Shown: positions 7,258-16,568, numbered from the stretch's first letter. The stretch is 41,174 nt of DNA from an uncultured Methyloversatilis sp. (GCA_964586275.1 CAZPIE010000001.1:1-41174), one strand, 5' to 3'. The notes: generated by a model not told the origin, from the sequence alone. Numbers and translations are program-made.

Positions 7258-8778
7258 TCAGAACAGATCCTGCTGGATGGTTTCTTCGGGTTCGCCGGGG
7301 GCGGCTGCTTCGCCGCGGCGGTCCGGTACCTTGAGTATCAGCAGGGTTCCGCCCTGTTCCGCCGTGGTGACATGAAATGCGCCGTCAAGACTTTGCACGC
7401 GTTCGCGGATGCCGCGCAGACCGAAGGATTTCGGCTTCTCCATGTCGCGCTCGGCGATGCCGCGACCGTTGTCGCGAATCTCGAGCGCGATATTACCGTT
7501 TTCGCGTTTCATGCGCACGACGACGAGCGAAGCGCGCGCATGCTTGGCGATGTTCGTCAGCGCTTCCTGCACGATGCGGAACAGCGCGAGCGAGGTGTCG
7601 GCGTCGAGCTCGATGCCCTCGTCGCACTGCGTGCGGCAGGTGATGCCCGTGCTGTGGGCGAAGTCGTCAGCCTGGCATTCGATGGCCGCGGCGAGGCCGA
7701 ATTCCTTGAGGATGCCGGGGCGCAGCTGGCGCGCGACCCGGCTGGCCGTGCCCATCGCCTGGTCGAGCAGCTTCTCGATCGAGCGGGCCTTGTCGCTCAG
7801 GTGGTCGGGCAGCTTGCTGGCCAGCAGCGCCGCCTCGATCTTGAGGCGGACGAGGATGCTGCCGAGTTCGTCGTGGATGTCGCGGGCGATTTTTTCCCGC
7901 TCCTCTTCCTTGGCGGCTTCGAGGTGGAAGGACAGCGCGGCCAGCTGGGCGCGCGATTCGCGCAGGGCGGCCTCGGTGTTCTTGGCGCCCGAAATGTCCG
8001 TGGCGATGCCGGTCCATAACACGGTGCCGTCGTCGTTGCGATGGGGCAGGGAACGCATGTCGATCCAGCGCTCGCCGTCCTTGAGGCGGCCCTCCCAGAG
8101 CAGCGGGTTGCCGCTGCTGGCGGATTCTTCGAGCGCCTCGGTCAGGGAGCGGCGATCGGCGGCGAGCAGGGTGTCGAAGAAGCGCCGTGCCGCGCCGCGC
8201 AGTTCGTGCTGCGGAATGCCGAGCAAGCGCATGCAGCCTTCGCTGACGTAGAGGAAGCGATAGCTGCCTTGCGTATCGCGCTGCAGGTTGAAAACGAGGC
8301 CGGGCAGGTTGGTTGCCAAGGCGCGAAAACGCGCCTCGCTGTCGTGGAGCATTGCCAGCGCCGCACGGTGGTCGGCCCGCTGCGCCGCCTCGCGGACTTC
8401 GCGTTCGACCGCGGCGGGAAGCCGGTTGAGCCGGTCGAGAAACACGATGTCGTGGGCCCCGCCACGCAGGGCCTTCATCGCCGCGCGCTGATCGGCCGCG
8501 TCGGCGACGACGATCAGCGGCGTGTCGAGATTGCGGTCGCGCAGCGTCTTCAGCGTGGCCGCGGGAGTGCAGGCCGTGCGATGCAGAAAATGCAGAACCG
8601 CGTCCCAGGGCCGCTCGCGCAGCTTCGCGCGCAGGGGGGGGAGGCCGGGGACGGCAACGCACACCGGTTGTGGCCCATCCCACTGCCAGCCGGCCGTCAG
8701 CTGCTCGACCAGCGCGGGCGAACTGCACACCAGCAACAGGTGCAGCGCGATGTCTCGGTTGTGCTGGGCTGCTTGCAT
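7258..8778 (-). CDS. Cytoplasmic sensor kinase: degenerate REC - PAS - HisKA_3 - HATPase
   Basis: EEEREKIARDIHDELG, LFRIVQEALTNIAKHA, DNGRG, FGLRGIRER. Start moved to MQAAQ (8778) because the longer track ORF runs through tRNA-Thr. Confidence 0.9.
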   Translation of the reverse strand: MQAAQHNRDIALHLLLVCSSPALVEQLTAGWQWDGPQPVCVAVPGLPPLRAKLRERPWDAVLHFLHRTACTPAATLKTLRDRNLDTPLIVVADAADQRAAMKALRGGAHDIVFLDRLNRLPAAVEREVREAAQRADHRAALAMLHDSEARFRALATNLPGLVFNLQRDTQGSYRFLYVSEGCMRLLGIPQHELRGAARRFFDTLLAADRRSLTEALEESASSGNPLLWEGRLKDGERWIDMRSLPHRNDDGTVLWTGIATDISGAKNTEAALRESRAQLAALSFHLEAAKEEEREKIARDIHDELGSILVRLKIEAALLASKLPDHLSDKARSIEKLLDQAMGTASRVARQLRPGILKEFGLAAAIECQADDFAHSTGITCRTQCDEGIELDADTSLALFRIVQEALTNIAKHARASLVVVRMKRENGNIALEIRDNGRGIAERDMEKPKSFGLRGIRERVQSLDGAFHVTTAEQGGTLLILKVPDRRGEAAAPGEPEETIQQDLF

Positions 8779-8838
8779 CCGGAATGAATCGGTCGGCGGA
8801 ACAGTCAATTTTAGAGGAATGCGAACGGCGTGGTCAGT

Positions 8839-8844
8839 TATAAT
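8839..8844 (+). promoter_or_regulatory. -10 element for tRNA-Thr
   Basis: Perfect TATAAT followed by GC-rich TCGGGCCGCGT, 11 nt before the tRNA. Confidence 0.6.
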
Positions 8845-8855
8845 TCGGGCCGCGT

Positions 8856-8931
8856 GCCGGCATAGCTCAGTTGGTAGAGCAACCGCCTTGTAAGCGGTAG
8901 GTCCCCAGTTCGAGTCCGGGTGTCGGCACCA
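8856..8931 (+). tRNA. tRNA-Thr (TGT)
   Basis: GCCGGCATAGCTCAGTTGGTAGAGCAACCGCCTTGTAAGCGGTAGGTCCCCAGTTCGAGTCCGGGTGTCGGCACCA; anticodon loop CTTGTAA; encoded CCA. Confidence 0.97.
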
Positions 8932-8974
8932 GAAAAAATCCCACGAACAGCGCGATGCGGAACGGCAGTATTTC

Positions 8975-11149
8975 ATGAGCGCAAAAACACGCTACATGCT
9001 GGCGATTGCGATTCTGGTGCTGTTGATGACCGCCCCGTTCCTGTTGACGGCCGGCATCGTCTACAGCGAACTGCAGGGCGAGGCGCGCGCCCATTTCCTG
9101 GAATCCATGGATCGCTGGCTGCCGATCGGCGGCATGTTGACCCTCGTCGCGCTATTGCTAGGCGTGCAGTTGCTGCGCAATCTGTTCGAGCAGTACGTGC
9201 GCGGGCCGATGGCGATGGCCGAGATGCTGCGCCTGATGCTGGGCGCCAACCGCAGTTTCCGCGTCACCCTTGACGGACCGCCGGAGATCCGGGAGCTCGG
9301 TCGCGCCGCCAACGATCTGGCCCAGCAGCGCGATGCCCTGCTCGACGATGTGGAGGCGCGCATCGCCTTGGCCAAGGCGGCGGTCGAGGAAGAAAAGAAC
9401 CGGCTCGCTGCGCTGGTCGCCGAACTGCCGATGCCGGTGATCGTCTGCAACCTCGACGGCCGCATCCTGCTCTACAACAACCGTGCCCGCCTGCAGGCGG
9501 GCGCGCTCGTCCCCGACGCCCATGCCGCCGGCGCACTGATCGGCCTGGGTCGCTCGATCTACGGCGTGTTCGACCGTTCGCTGATCGGTCATTCGCTGGA
9601 AACCCTGCAGCACCGGCTCGAGCGCGCGGGCAGCCAGCCGCTTGCGCACTTCATCACCGCCACGCGCGCCGGTCAGCTGATCCGCGTGCAGATGGCGCCG
9701 GTGATCGCCATCGGATCGGCCCGGAGCGAAACGGCTGCCGAGCCGCAGCGCAGCATCGGCGGCTACGTGCTGGTGATGGAAAACATCACCAAGATGCTCG
9801 AAAGCGGCGCGCAATGCGACCGTACCGTGCAGGCGCTTGCCGACGACACGCGCACCGCGCTGGCCGGCATCCGCGGCAACCTGCAGGCGCTGCGGGGTGC
9901 GCCCGATGCCGCGCAGGTCCAGGCGGTGGCCGACGCAATCCATGACGAGGTGCAGATCCTCACCGTCCGGCTCAACCGGTCGGCGCAGGACTATGCGCGC
10001 ACGCTGGTCAGCCGCTGGCCGCTCGAGGAGATGCTGGGCGCCGACCTGGTGACGGCCGTGAGCCGGCGCATCGAGGCGCGGCTGGGCATTACCGCCAAGA
10101 TCGACGACGTGGCCGGCGACCTGTGGGTCAAGGTCGACAGTTATTCGCTGACGCAGGCGCTGACCTACCTTGCCGCAAAGCTTGAGGAAAGTTTCGCCGT
10201 CAAACTGGTGCGTCTGCGTCTGACACATGCGCGCCGCATGGTGCTGCTCGACCTGCGCTGGTCGGGCACGGCGGTCTCCACCGAAACGCTGCTGGGCTGG
10301 CAGATCGAGCCGATGTCGGTAGGCGGCGAAACCACGCCGCTGACCCTGCGCGACGTCACCGATCGTCACGGCGGACAGCTTTCCTGCGGCCGCGAAGCGG
10401 CGATCCAGCAGTCCTTCTTCCGTCTCGAGATTCCGGTGGCGATGGCGCGGGATGTGGGCGATGCTGCCGGACTGGTGCAAGTCGAGAGCCGGCCGGAGTT
10501 CTACGATTTCGACCTGTTCCATCGCGCCGGCGAGGATCACGCCAACGACGCCACACCGCTGGCCAGCCTGACCTATACGGTGTTCGATACCGAGACGACC
10601 GGCCTGCAGCCTTCGGAAGGCGACGAGATCATCCAGATCGGCGCGGTGCGCATCGTCAATGGCCGCCTGCTGCGCCACGAGAACATCGACCAGATCGTCG
10701 ATCCGCAGCGCCCGCTGCGGCCCGAGGGTATCCCGATCCACGGCATCACCGAGGACATGGTGCGCGGCCAGCCGACCCTCGCGACCGTCCTGCCGCAGTT
10801 CCACGCGTTCTGCGCAGGTACGGTGCTGGTGGCGCACAACGCGGCCTTCGACATGCGCTTCCTGCAACTCAAGGAGGACAGTCTCGGCATCCGCTTCACC
10901 CAGCCGGTGCTCGACACGCTGCTGCTCTCCGCGGTAATCCATCCGAACCAGGAGTCGCACAAGCTCGAGGCGATCGCCGAACGGCTCGGCATCACGATCA
11001 TCGGCCGCCACACCGCGCTGGGCGATGCGATCGTCACCGCCGAGGTCTTCCTGCGCATGTTGCCGGCGCTGGCCGACATGGGCATCCATACCCTCGGGCA
11101 GGCGCGCGCCGCCGCCGAGAAGACCTACTATGCGCGCGTCAAGTACTGA
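8975..11149 (+). CDS. Membrane-anchored HAMP/PAS protein with C-terminal DEDDh (DnaQ-like) 3'-5' exonuclease
   Basis: Two N-terminal TM segments, HAMP-like EIRELGRAANDL, PAS start (PMPVIVCNLDGRILLYN), Exo motifs FDTETTG, AHNAAFD, RHTALGD. Confidence 0.88.
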   Translation: MSAKTRYMLAIAILVLLMTAPFLLTAGIVYSELQGEARAHFLESMDRWLPIGGMLTLVALLLGVQLLRNLFEQYVRGPMAMAEMLRLMLGANRSFRVTLDGPPEIRELGRAANDLAQQRDALLDDVEARIALAKAAVEEEKNRLAALVAELPMPVIVCNLDGRILLYNNRARLQAGALVPDAHAAGALIGLGRSIYGVFDRSLIGHSLETLQHRLERAGSQPLAHFITATRAGQLIRVQMAPVIAIGSARSETAAEPQRSIGGYVLVMENITKMLESGAQCDRTVQALADDTRTALAGIRGNLQALRGAPDAAQVQAVADAIHDEVQILTVRLNRSAQDYARTLVSRWPLEEMLGADLVTAVSRRIEARLGITAKIDDVAGDLWVKVDSYSLTQALTYLAAKLEESFAVKLVRLRLTHARRMVLLDLRWSGTAVSTETLLGWQIEPMSVGGETTPLTLRDVTDRHGGQLSCGREAAIQQSFFRLEIPVAMARDVGDAAGLVQVESRPEFYDFDLFHRAGEDHANDATPLASLTYTVFDTETTGLQPSEGDEIIQIGAVRIVNGRLLRHENIDQIVDPQRPLRPEGIPIHGITEDMVRGQPTLATVLPQFHAFCAGTVLVAHNAAFDMRFLQLKEDSLGIRFTQPVLDTLLLSAVIHPNQESHKLEAIAERLGITIIGRHTALGDAIVTAEVFLRMLPALADMGIHTLGQARAAAEKTYYARVKY

Positions 11150-11160
11150 TCCGCATCGCC

Positions 11161-11197
11161 TGCCGTCCCCAGCAAGTTAAATGAGGCGCCGACTTTT
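11161..11197 (-). repeat. Split family A motif (both halves, spacer 12 bp longer), intergenic before rmuC
   Basis: TGCCGTCCC-CAGCAAGTTAAATGA-GGCGCCGACTTTT versus TGCCGTCCC-GCC-GGCGCCGACTTT in intact copies. Confidence 0.55.
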
Positions 11198-11200
11198 CAC

Positions 11201-12343
11201 ATGGAACTGCTAATTGCCTTCGTTGCCGGCCTGCTGCTCGGTGCCGGGCTGATGTGGCTGGCGCGCGGGGCGCTGGCGCATGCCTTCCGCGCGCTGTCGG
11301 CCGAGGCGCTCCAGCGCAACAACCAGGCCTTTCTCGATCTGGCGAAGACCACGCTCGACCGGCAGCACGCGGCGGCGCTGGGCGAGCTGGAAAAGCGCCA
11401 GCAGGCGGTCGGCGAGCTGGTCATGCCGATCCGCAACAGCCTGGAAAAATTCGCGCAGCAGGTGCAGGGCATCGAGAAGGCGCGCATCGATGCCTATGCG
11501 ACGCTGTTCGAGCAGGTGCGCGCGCTCGCCGATACGCAGGGACAGTTGCGCAAGGAGACCGCCAACCTCGTGCGCGCGCTGCGCGCGCCGCATGCGCGCG
11601 GCCGCTGGGGCGAGCTGCAGCTCAAGCGCGTCGTCGAGATGGCCGGCATGCTCGACCATTGCGACTTCTACGAACAGGAATCGGCTGACGGCGAAGACGG
11701 CAAACTGCGCCCCGACCTGATCGTGCGTCTGCCCGGCGGCAAGCAGCTGGTCGTCGATGCCAAGGCGCCGCTCGCGGCCTATCTCGATGCCCTCGAGGCG
11801 CCGGACGACGAGACACGCCGCAAGAAGCTGGCCGACCACGCGCGCCACGTGCGCGAGCACATCGCCAAACTGGCGAAGAAGTCGTACTGGGAGCAGTTCC
11901 AGCCGACGCCGGATTTCGTCGTGCTGTTCCTGCCCGGCGAGATGTTCTACAGCGCCGCGCTCGAGGCCGATCCCGCGCTGATCGAAAGCGGCGTCGAGCA
12001 GCGCGTCATCCTCGCCACGCCGACCACGCTGATCGCCCTGCTGCGCGCGGCGGCCTACGGCTGGCAGCAGGAGGCGCTGGCCGAGAATGCCCAGAAAATC
12101 TCCCAGCTCGGCAAGGAACTCCACGACCGCATCGCCACGCTCGCCGACCACTGGGCCGGCGTCGGCAAGAACCTGACGGAAGCGGTAGCCGCCTACAACA
12201 AGGCGACCGGCTCGCTCGAAAGCCGCGTGCTGGTGACGGCGCGCAAGTTCCGCGACCTGCAGGCTGTGACGGGAGACAAGGAAATCCGCGACCTGGCGCC
12301 GGTCGAGGCGGCGGCGCGCCTGCCTCAGGATACTTCCGGCTGA
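11201..12343 (+). CDS. rmuC: DNA recombination protein RmuC
   Basis: [50 protein letters not shown]. Confidence 0.95.
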   Translation: MELLIAFVAGLLLGAGLMWLARGALAHAFRALSAEALQRNNQAFLDLAKTTLDRQHAAALGELEKRQQAVGELVMPIRNSLEKFAQQVQGIEKARIDAYATLFEQVRALADTQGQLRKETANLVRALRAPHARGRWGELQLKRVVEMAGMLDHCDFYEQESADGEDGKLRPDLIVRLPGGKQLVVDAKAPLAAYLDALEAPDDETRRKKLADHARHVREHIAKLAKKSYWEQFQPTPDFVVLFLPGEMFYSAALEADPALIESGVEQRVILATPTTLIALLRAAAYGWQQEALAENAQKISQLGKELHDRIATLADHWAGVGKNLTEAVAAYNKATGSLESRVLVTARKFRDLQAVTGDKEIRDLAPVEAAARLPQDTSG

Positions 12344-12352
12344 GCAAACGCC

Positions 12353-13420
12353 TTACGGCTGGCTTGCGCGGATGCTTGCGGCGGCTCGCCGGTAGAGCAG
12401 CAGGGCCTCTTCCCGCCGGCCCGCGATTTCGGCCGCGCGCGCCTGTTCCAGCAGTCGATCGACGTCCGGAGCGTCGCTTTCGGCGTAGCCGATCGACAGC
12501 GACTGCTGTTCGGGGGCCGCGCGCTTGGCGCGAACCACCAGGGCCTTGGGCGTGCGCGGCGGAGCCTGTTCTGCCGTCCCGCCGGCGCCGACTTTGCGCG
12601 GCTCCTGGCGGGTTTTCAGTTCCGACCAGGCTTGCCGGTAGATGAGCAGGGCTTCCTCGCGCCTGCCGTCCATTTCGGCCAGACGGGCCTTGCGCAGCAG
12701 TTCGTCGACGCGGTCGGGTGCGGGTTGCGACCGTGTCGGCGGAGGCGGCGACTGTTCCGTGGCCTGGCGGACAAGCTCGGAGAAATTCTCGGCGCTGGCG
12801 AGAGTCCTGGCGATGCCGTAATGCCCCTGACGCATCGCCCAGGCCGCGGCATCCTCGCCGTAGTCGTTCTTCAGCGCCGGATTCGCGCCGGCTTCGAGCA
12901 GGCGTTTGGCGAGGTCGGCATGGCCTTCGCGCGCGGCCATCATGAGGGCGGTCGAGCCGTTCGTGGAGCGCGCGTCGAGGTCGGCGCCGGAGGCCAGCAG
13001 TTCCTCGACCAGCGGGGCGTGGCCGGCAAAGGTCGCGTAGTGCAGGGCCGTCCATTCGCGGTCGTTGCGATTTGGCCGGGCGCCACGGTCGAGCAGCCAG
13101 CGCAGCGCTTCCTTGCGGTTCTTCCACGCCGCGAGCATCAGGGCGGTTTCGCCGAAGCGGTTGGCGCGATCGATGTCCGCGCCGCGCTGGTAGAACAGCT
13201 CCATCAGCGGAATGTTGCCTTCCCAGGCGGCGATCATCAGGCCGGTGCCGATCAGGTGGCCCTCGAAGTCCGGGTCGAGGCCGGCATCGAGCCAGGCCGT
13301 CGCCTGCTTGAGGTCGCCCAGTTCGAGCACGGCCGAGAAGCGCGCCGGGTCGGGCAGTTGGGCCCGTGCCGGAGGCAGGAGTCCGAGGCACAGGAGGCAG
13401 GCGATCAGCAGGTATTTCAT
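12353..13420 (-). CDS. Exported ankyrin-repeat protein with duplicated C-terminal helical hairpin
   Basis: Signal peptide MKYLLIAC..ARA; repeats TGLMIAA, GETALMLAA, WTALHYAT, GSTALMMAA; two copies of VDxLLxxARxAExxGRREEALLxYR. Confidence 0.88.
   Translation of the reverse strand: MKYLLIACLLCLGLLPPARAQLPDPARFSAVLELGDLKQATAWLDAGLDPDFEGHLIGTGLMIAAWEGNIPLMELFYQRGADIDRANRFGETALMLAAWKNRKEALRWLLDRGARPNRNDREWTALHYATFAGHAPLVEELLASGADLDARSTNGSTALMMAAREGHADLAKRLLEAGANPALKNDYGEDAAAWAMRQGHYGIARTLASAENFSELVRQATEQSPPPPTRSQPAPDRVDELLRKARLAEMDGRREEALLIYRQAWSELKTRQEPRKVGAGGTAEQAPPRTPKALVVRAKRAAPEQQSLSIGYAESDAPDVDRLLEQARAAEIAGRREEALLLYRRAAASIRASQP
12573..12594 (-). repeat. 22-bp family A motif copy 2, in the ankyrin protein linker, read as KVGAGGTA
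   Basis: Reverse complement AAGTCGGCGCCGGCGGGACGGC; 12571-12597 is identical to 13644-13670 (27 bp). Confidence 0.93.
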
Positions 13421-13456
13421 GGCTTGCAGTCTACCCTGCTGCGGTAGCATTCGCCG

Positions 13457-13960
13457 ATGATGACGAAGCGTCTCGGCTGGGCCTTGTCCGCCAGCCTAGC
13501 CATCCATTTGGGATTGATCCTGCCGGCCGAAGGGTGGCTGCCCCCCAAGCGTGCGCCGCTATCCCTCTTGACCGTGCAGTTGCCGGCGGCCGAGCTGGCG
13601 CGCGAACTCGCGACGCAGCCGGAAAAGCTCGAAAAGCCGGCAGCTGCCGTCCCGCCGGCGCCGACTTTGCAGCCTGCCGAAAAGCCGCGCCAACTCAAGG
13701 GACGCGCTCTCGATACGGCGCTGGCCGCGCTGGCGCGCGAGGAGTTCTACCCGCGCGAGGCGATCGAGCGCGGCTGGGAAGGCCGCGTCGTGCTGCTGCT
13801 GTCGCTCGACCCCGGCGGACGGGTGACGGGCATCGAGGTCGCCAGTCCCTCCGGCCGTCCCGTTCTCGATCAGGCCGCGGCCAGGGCAGCGACGCGGATC
13901 GCCGCCCTGCCCGGCGGCCGCAGGCAGGTGCTGCTGCCGGTGGAGTTTCGCCTGGAATGA
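13457..13960 (+). CDS. Short TonB-family protein (TM anchor with SxxxH, TonB_C domain)
   Basis: SLAIH in the TM helix; YPREAIERGWEGRV, SPSGRPVLDQAA, VLLPVEFRL. Confidence 0.85.
   Translation: MMTKRLGWALSASLAIHLGLILPAEGWLPPKRAPLSLLTVQLPAAELARELATQPEKLEKPAAAVPPAPTLQPAEKPRQLKGRALDTALAALAREEFYPREAIERGWEGRVVLLLSLDPGGRVTGIEVASPSGRPVLDQAAARAATRIAALPGGRRQVLLPVEFRLE
13646..13667 (-). repeat. 22-bp family A motif copy 3, in the TonB linker, read as AVPPAPTL
   Basis: GCCGTCCCGCCGGCGCCGACTT on the + strand. Confidence 0.93.
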
Positions 13961-14238
13961 AGATCGCCCTGCATGCGGCTGCGCCGCCCAAGCCCGCCGT
14001 CGGCGCGTCCTGCAACGGCTGCGGCGTTTGTTGCAGCTACGCGCCATGTCCGCTCAGCCGTTTCCTGCTCGGCCATCGCAGCGGCAGCTGTCCAGCCCTG
14101 AGGTGGCAGGAAAGCCGGTATGTCTGCGGGCTGGTCGCCGCGCCGCAGGGTGTCGCACGCTGGCTGCCGCGCCGTTTGGTGTTGCGCTGGATTGCCGCCG
14201 GCAAGGGCTGCGATTGCGCAGCCGAGATCGACGGCTAG
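13957..14238 (+). CDS. Small Cys-rich protein (93 aa, CxxCxxCC type), putative metal/Fe-S binder
   Basis: ATGA overlap with the TonB gene stop; CNGCGVCC..PCP..SCPAL..YVCGL..GCDC. Confidence 0.75.
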   Translation: MKIALHAAAPPKPAVGASCNGCGVCCSYAPCPLSRFLLGHRSGSCPALRWQESRYVCGLVAAPQGVARWLPRRLVLRWIAAGKGCDCAAEIDG

Positions 14239-14256
14239 CTTGGTATATTCGCCGCG

Positions 14257-15234
14257 ATGCTCGCCTACCTGATCCGCCGCCTGCTCTATGCCCTGCCGAT
14301 CCTGATCGGCGTGAATGTCATCACCTTCGCGCTGTTCTTCATCGTCAATACGCCGGACGACATGGCGCGCATGCATCTCGGCGTGAAGCGGGTGACGCCC
14401 GAGGCGATCGAGAAGTGGAAGGCCGAGCGCGGCTACGACAAGCCGCTGTTCTGGAACGGCGCGGCCAGCGGCATGGACAAGGCGACCGAGACGATCTTCT
14501 TCGGCAAGTCGGTCAGGATGTTCGTGCTCGATTTCGGCCGTGCCGACGACGGCCGCGACATCGCGCGCGAGATCAGGCTGCGCATGGGGCCGAGCCTCGC
14601 GGTGGCCGTGCCGGTGTTCGTGCTGGGCCTGTTCGCGGCGATTTCGTTCGCGCTGCTGCTGGTCTATTTCCGCGCCACCTATCTCGACTTCGCGGGCGTC
14701 GTGCTGTGCGTCGCGATGATGTCGATTTCCGGCCTGTTCTACATCATCGGCGGGCAGTGGCTCGTCTCGAAGGTCTGGCACCTCGTGCCGATTTCCGGCT
14801 ACGCGGAAGGGCTGACGGCCGCCAAGTTCATCATCCTGCCGGTGATCGTCAGCGTGCTGGCCGGCATCGGCTCGTCGGCGCGCTGGTACCGCACGATCTT
14901 CCTCGAGGAATACACGAAGGACTACGTGCGTACGGCGCGGGCCAAAGGCTTGTCGGAGCGCCTCGTGCTGTTCCGCCATGTGCTGAGGAACGCCCTGATC
15001 CCGATCCTCACCGGCGCGGTGGTGGTGATCCCCGCGCTGTTCATGGGCAGCCTGCTGATCGAGGCCTTCTTCGGCATCCCCGGCCTCGGCAGCTACACCA
15101 TCGACGCGATCAACGCGCAGGACTTCGGCGTGGTGCGCGCGATGGTCTTCATTGGCAGCGCGCTCTATATCCTCGGCCTGCTGCTGACCGACATTTCCTA
15201 CACACTCGCCGATCCCCGCATCCGCCTGCAATGA
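14257..15234 (+). CDS. Peptide/nickel ABC transporter permease (OppB/DppB-like)
   Basis: YLIRRLL N-terminus, DYVRTARAKGL EAA loop, DISYTLADPRIR C-terminus. Confidence 0.93.
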   Translation: MLAYLIRRLLYALPILIGVNVITFALFFIVNTPDDMARMHLGVKRVTPEAIEKWKAERGYDKPLFWNGAASGMDKATETIFFGKSVRMFVLDFGRADDGRDIAREIRLRMGPSLAVAVPVFVLGLFAAISFALLLVYFRATYLDFAGVVLCVAMMSISGLFYIIGGQWLVSKVWHLVPISGYAEGLTAAKFIILPVIVSVLAGIGSSARWYRTIFLEEYTKDYVRTARAKGLSERLVLFRHVLRNALIPILTGAVVVIPALFMGSLLIEAFFGIPGLGSYTIDAINAQDFGVVRAMVFIGSALYILGLLLTDISYTLADPRIRLQ

Positions 15235-16568
15235 TGTTCAAGCCGGTCCTCCTCTGGTCGGATGCGCTGTTCTTCCTGCTGCTGGCGGCGGCCGTCGCCA
15301 GCGGCATCTGGGCGAGCCGCGTCGAGCATCTGCGGCTGTCCTGGCGCAAGGTGGGGCAAAGCCGGGTCGGCATGGCGGCGGCGACCTTGCTGCTGGCCTT
15401 CGTGGCCGTCGCGCTGCTCGATTCGCTGCATTACCGCGAGCGCCTGCCGGGCGACAAGGAGACCTACGCGGTCGAGGTGCGCTCGGCGCTCGATGCCTTG
15501 CTGACCGGCCTGCGCACGCGCACCGAGAAAACCTATTCCGCGCCGCTGGCGACGCATTCCTTCGCCAAGGAGACGCTGGATGGCGAAGGAAGGGATTTCC
15601 CGCGCCTCAAGCATGGCGGCGCACATCTGGGCAGCGATCTTGCCGCATACGAGATGGATATCGTGCGCAAGGTGGTGCAGGGGCTGGGTATCGGTATGGC
15701 GGTCTGGCTGGCCTTCTGGCTGGCCGGCGCGCCGCTGCGCCGGGCGGCGCCGCATCTGGCCTGGTCGGCCGCCTTCGCCACCTTGCTGCTGCTCTGCCTC
15801 GCGGCCGGGACGGTGGCGACACTGGCCCAGGGCTACCACGTGCTGGGCACCGACAAGGTCGGCCAGGACGTGCTCTATCTGACGCTCAAGAGCATCCGCA
15901 CCGGGCTCTTGATCGGCACACTGACGACGCTGATCATGCTGCCGGCCGCGGTGTTCCTCGGCCTGCTGGCCGGCTATGCGGGCGGCTGGATCGACGACGC
16001 GATCCAGTACCTCTACACCACGCTCAACTCGATTCCCGGCGTGCTGCTGATCGCCGCCGCCGTGCTGATGATGCAGGTGACGATCGACACCCATCCCGAA
16101 TGGTTCGCGACCGCGGCGGAGCGCGCCGACGCGCGGCTGCTGGCGCTCTGCGCGATCCTCGGCATCACCAGCTGGACCGGCCTGTGCCGGCTGCTGCGCG
16201 CGGAAACCCTGAAATTGCGGGAGCTCGAATACGTACAGGCGGCTCGGGCGCTGGGCGTCTCCGGGCCGCGCATCCTGGCGCGCCACATCCTGCCCAACGT
16301 GATGCACATCGTGATGATCGCCATCGTGATGGATTTCTCCGGCTTGGTGCTGGCCGAAGCGGTGCTGTCCTACGTCGGCATCGGCGTCGATCCGAACACC
16401 GTCAGCTTCGGCACGATGATCAATACCGCGCGCATGGAGCTGGCGCGCGAACCGATGGTCTGGTGGTCGCTCGCGGCAGCCTTCGCCTTCATGTTCGTGC
16501 TGGTGCTGGCGGCCAACCTGTTCGCCGACGTGGTGCGCGACGCCTTCGACCCGCGGGTGGCGAAATGA
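15231..16568 (+). CDS. Peptide/nickel ABC transporter permease (OppC/DppC-like)
   Basis: HVLGTDKVGQD, EYVQAARALG, RHILPN, VRDAFDPR; start at ATGA overlap 15231. Confidence 0.92.
   Translation: MMFKPVLLWSDALFFLLLAAAVASGIWASRVEHLRLSWRKVGQSRVGMAAATLLLAFVAVALLDSLHYRERLPGDKETYAVEVRSALDALLTGLRTRTEKTYSAPLATHSFAKETLDGEGRDFPRLKHGGAHLGSDLAAYEMDIVRKVVQGLGIGMAVWLAFWLAGAPLRRAAPHLAWSAAFATLLLLCLAAGTVATLAQGYHVLGTDKVGQDVLYLTLKSIRTGLLIGTLTTLIMLPAAVFLGLLAGYAGGWIDDAIQYLYTTLNSIPGVLLIAAAVLMMQVTIDTHPEWFATAAERADARLLALCAILGITSWTGLCRLLRAETLKLRELEYVQAARALGVSGPRILARHILPNVMHIVMIAIVMDFSGLVLAEAVLSYVGIGVDPNTVSFGTMINTARMELAREPMVWWSLAAAFAFMFVLVLAANLFADVVRDAFDPRVAK

Noticed and set aside
8904..8920. A-C mismatch in the tRNA-Thr T-stem suggesting a pseudo-tRNA
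   Set aside because: From recall, E. coli thrU tRNA-Thr(UGU) has the same mismatch; the rest of the cloverleaf is intact.
4262..8974. Genomic island integrated at either tRNA
   Set aside because: No integrase and no duplicated tRNA 3' end were found in the window.
8779..8976. N-terminal extension of the sensor kinase ORF to 8976
   Set aside because: It runs antisense through tRNA-Thr and its promoter; the start at 8778 is more plausible.
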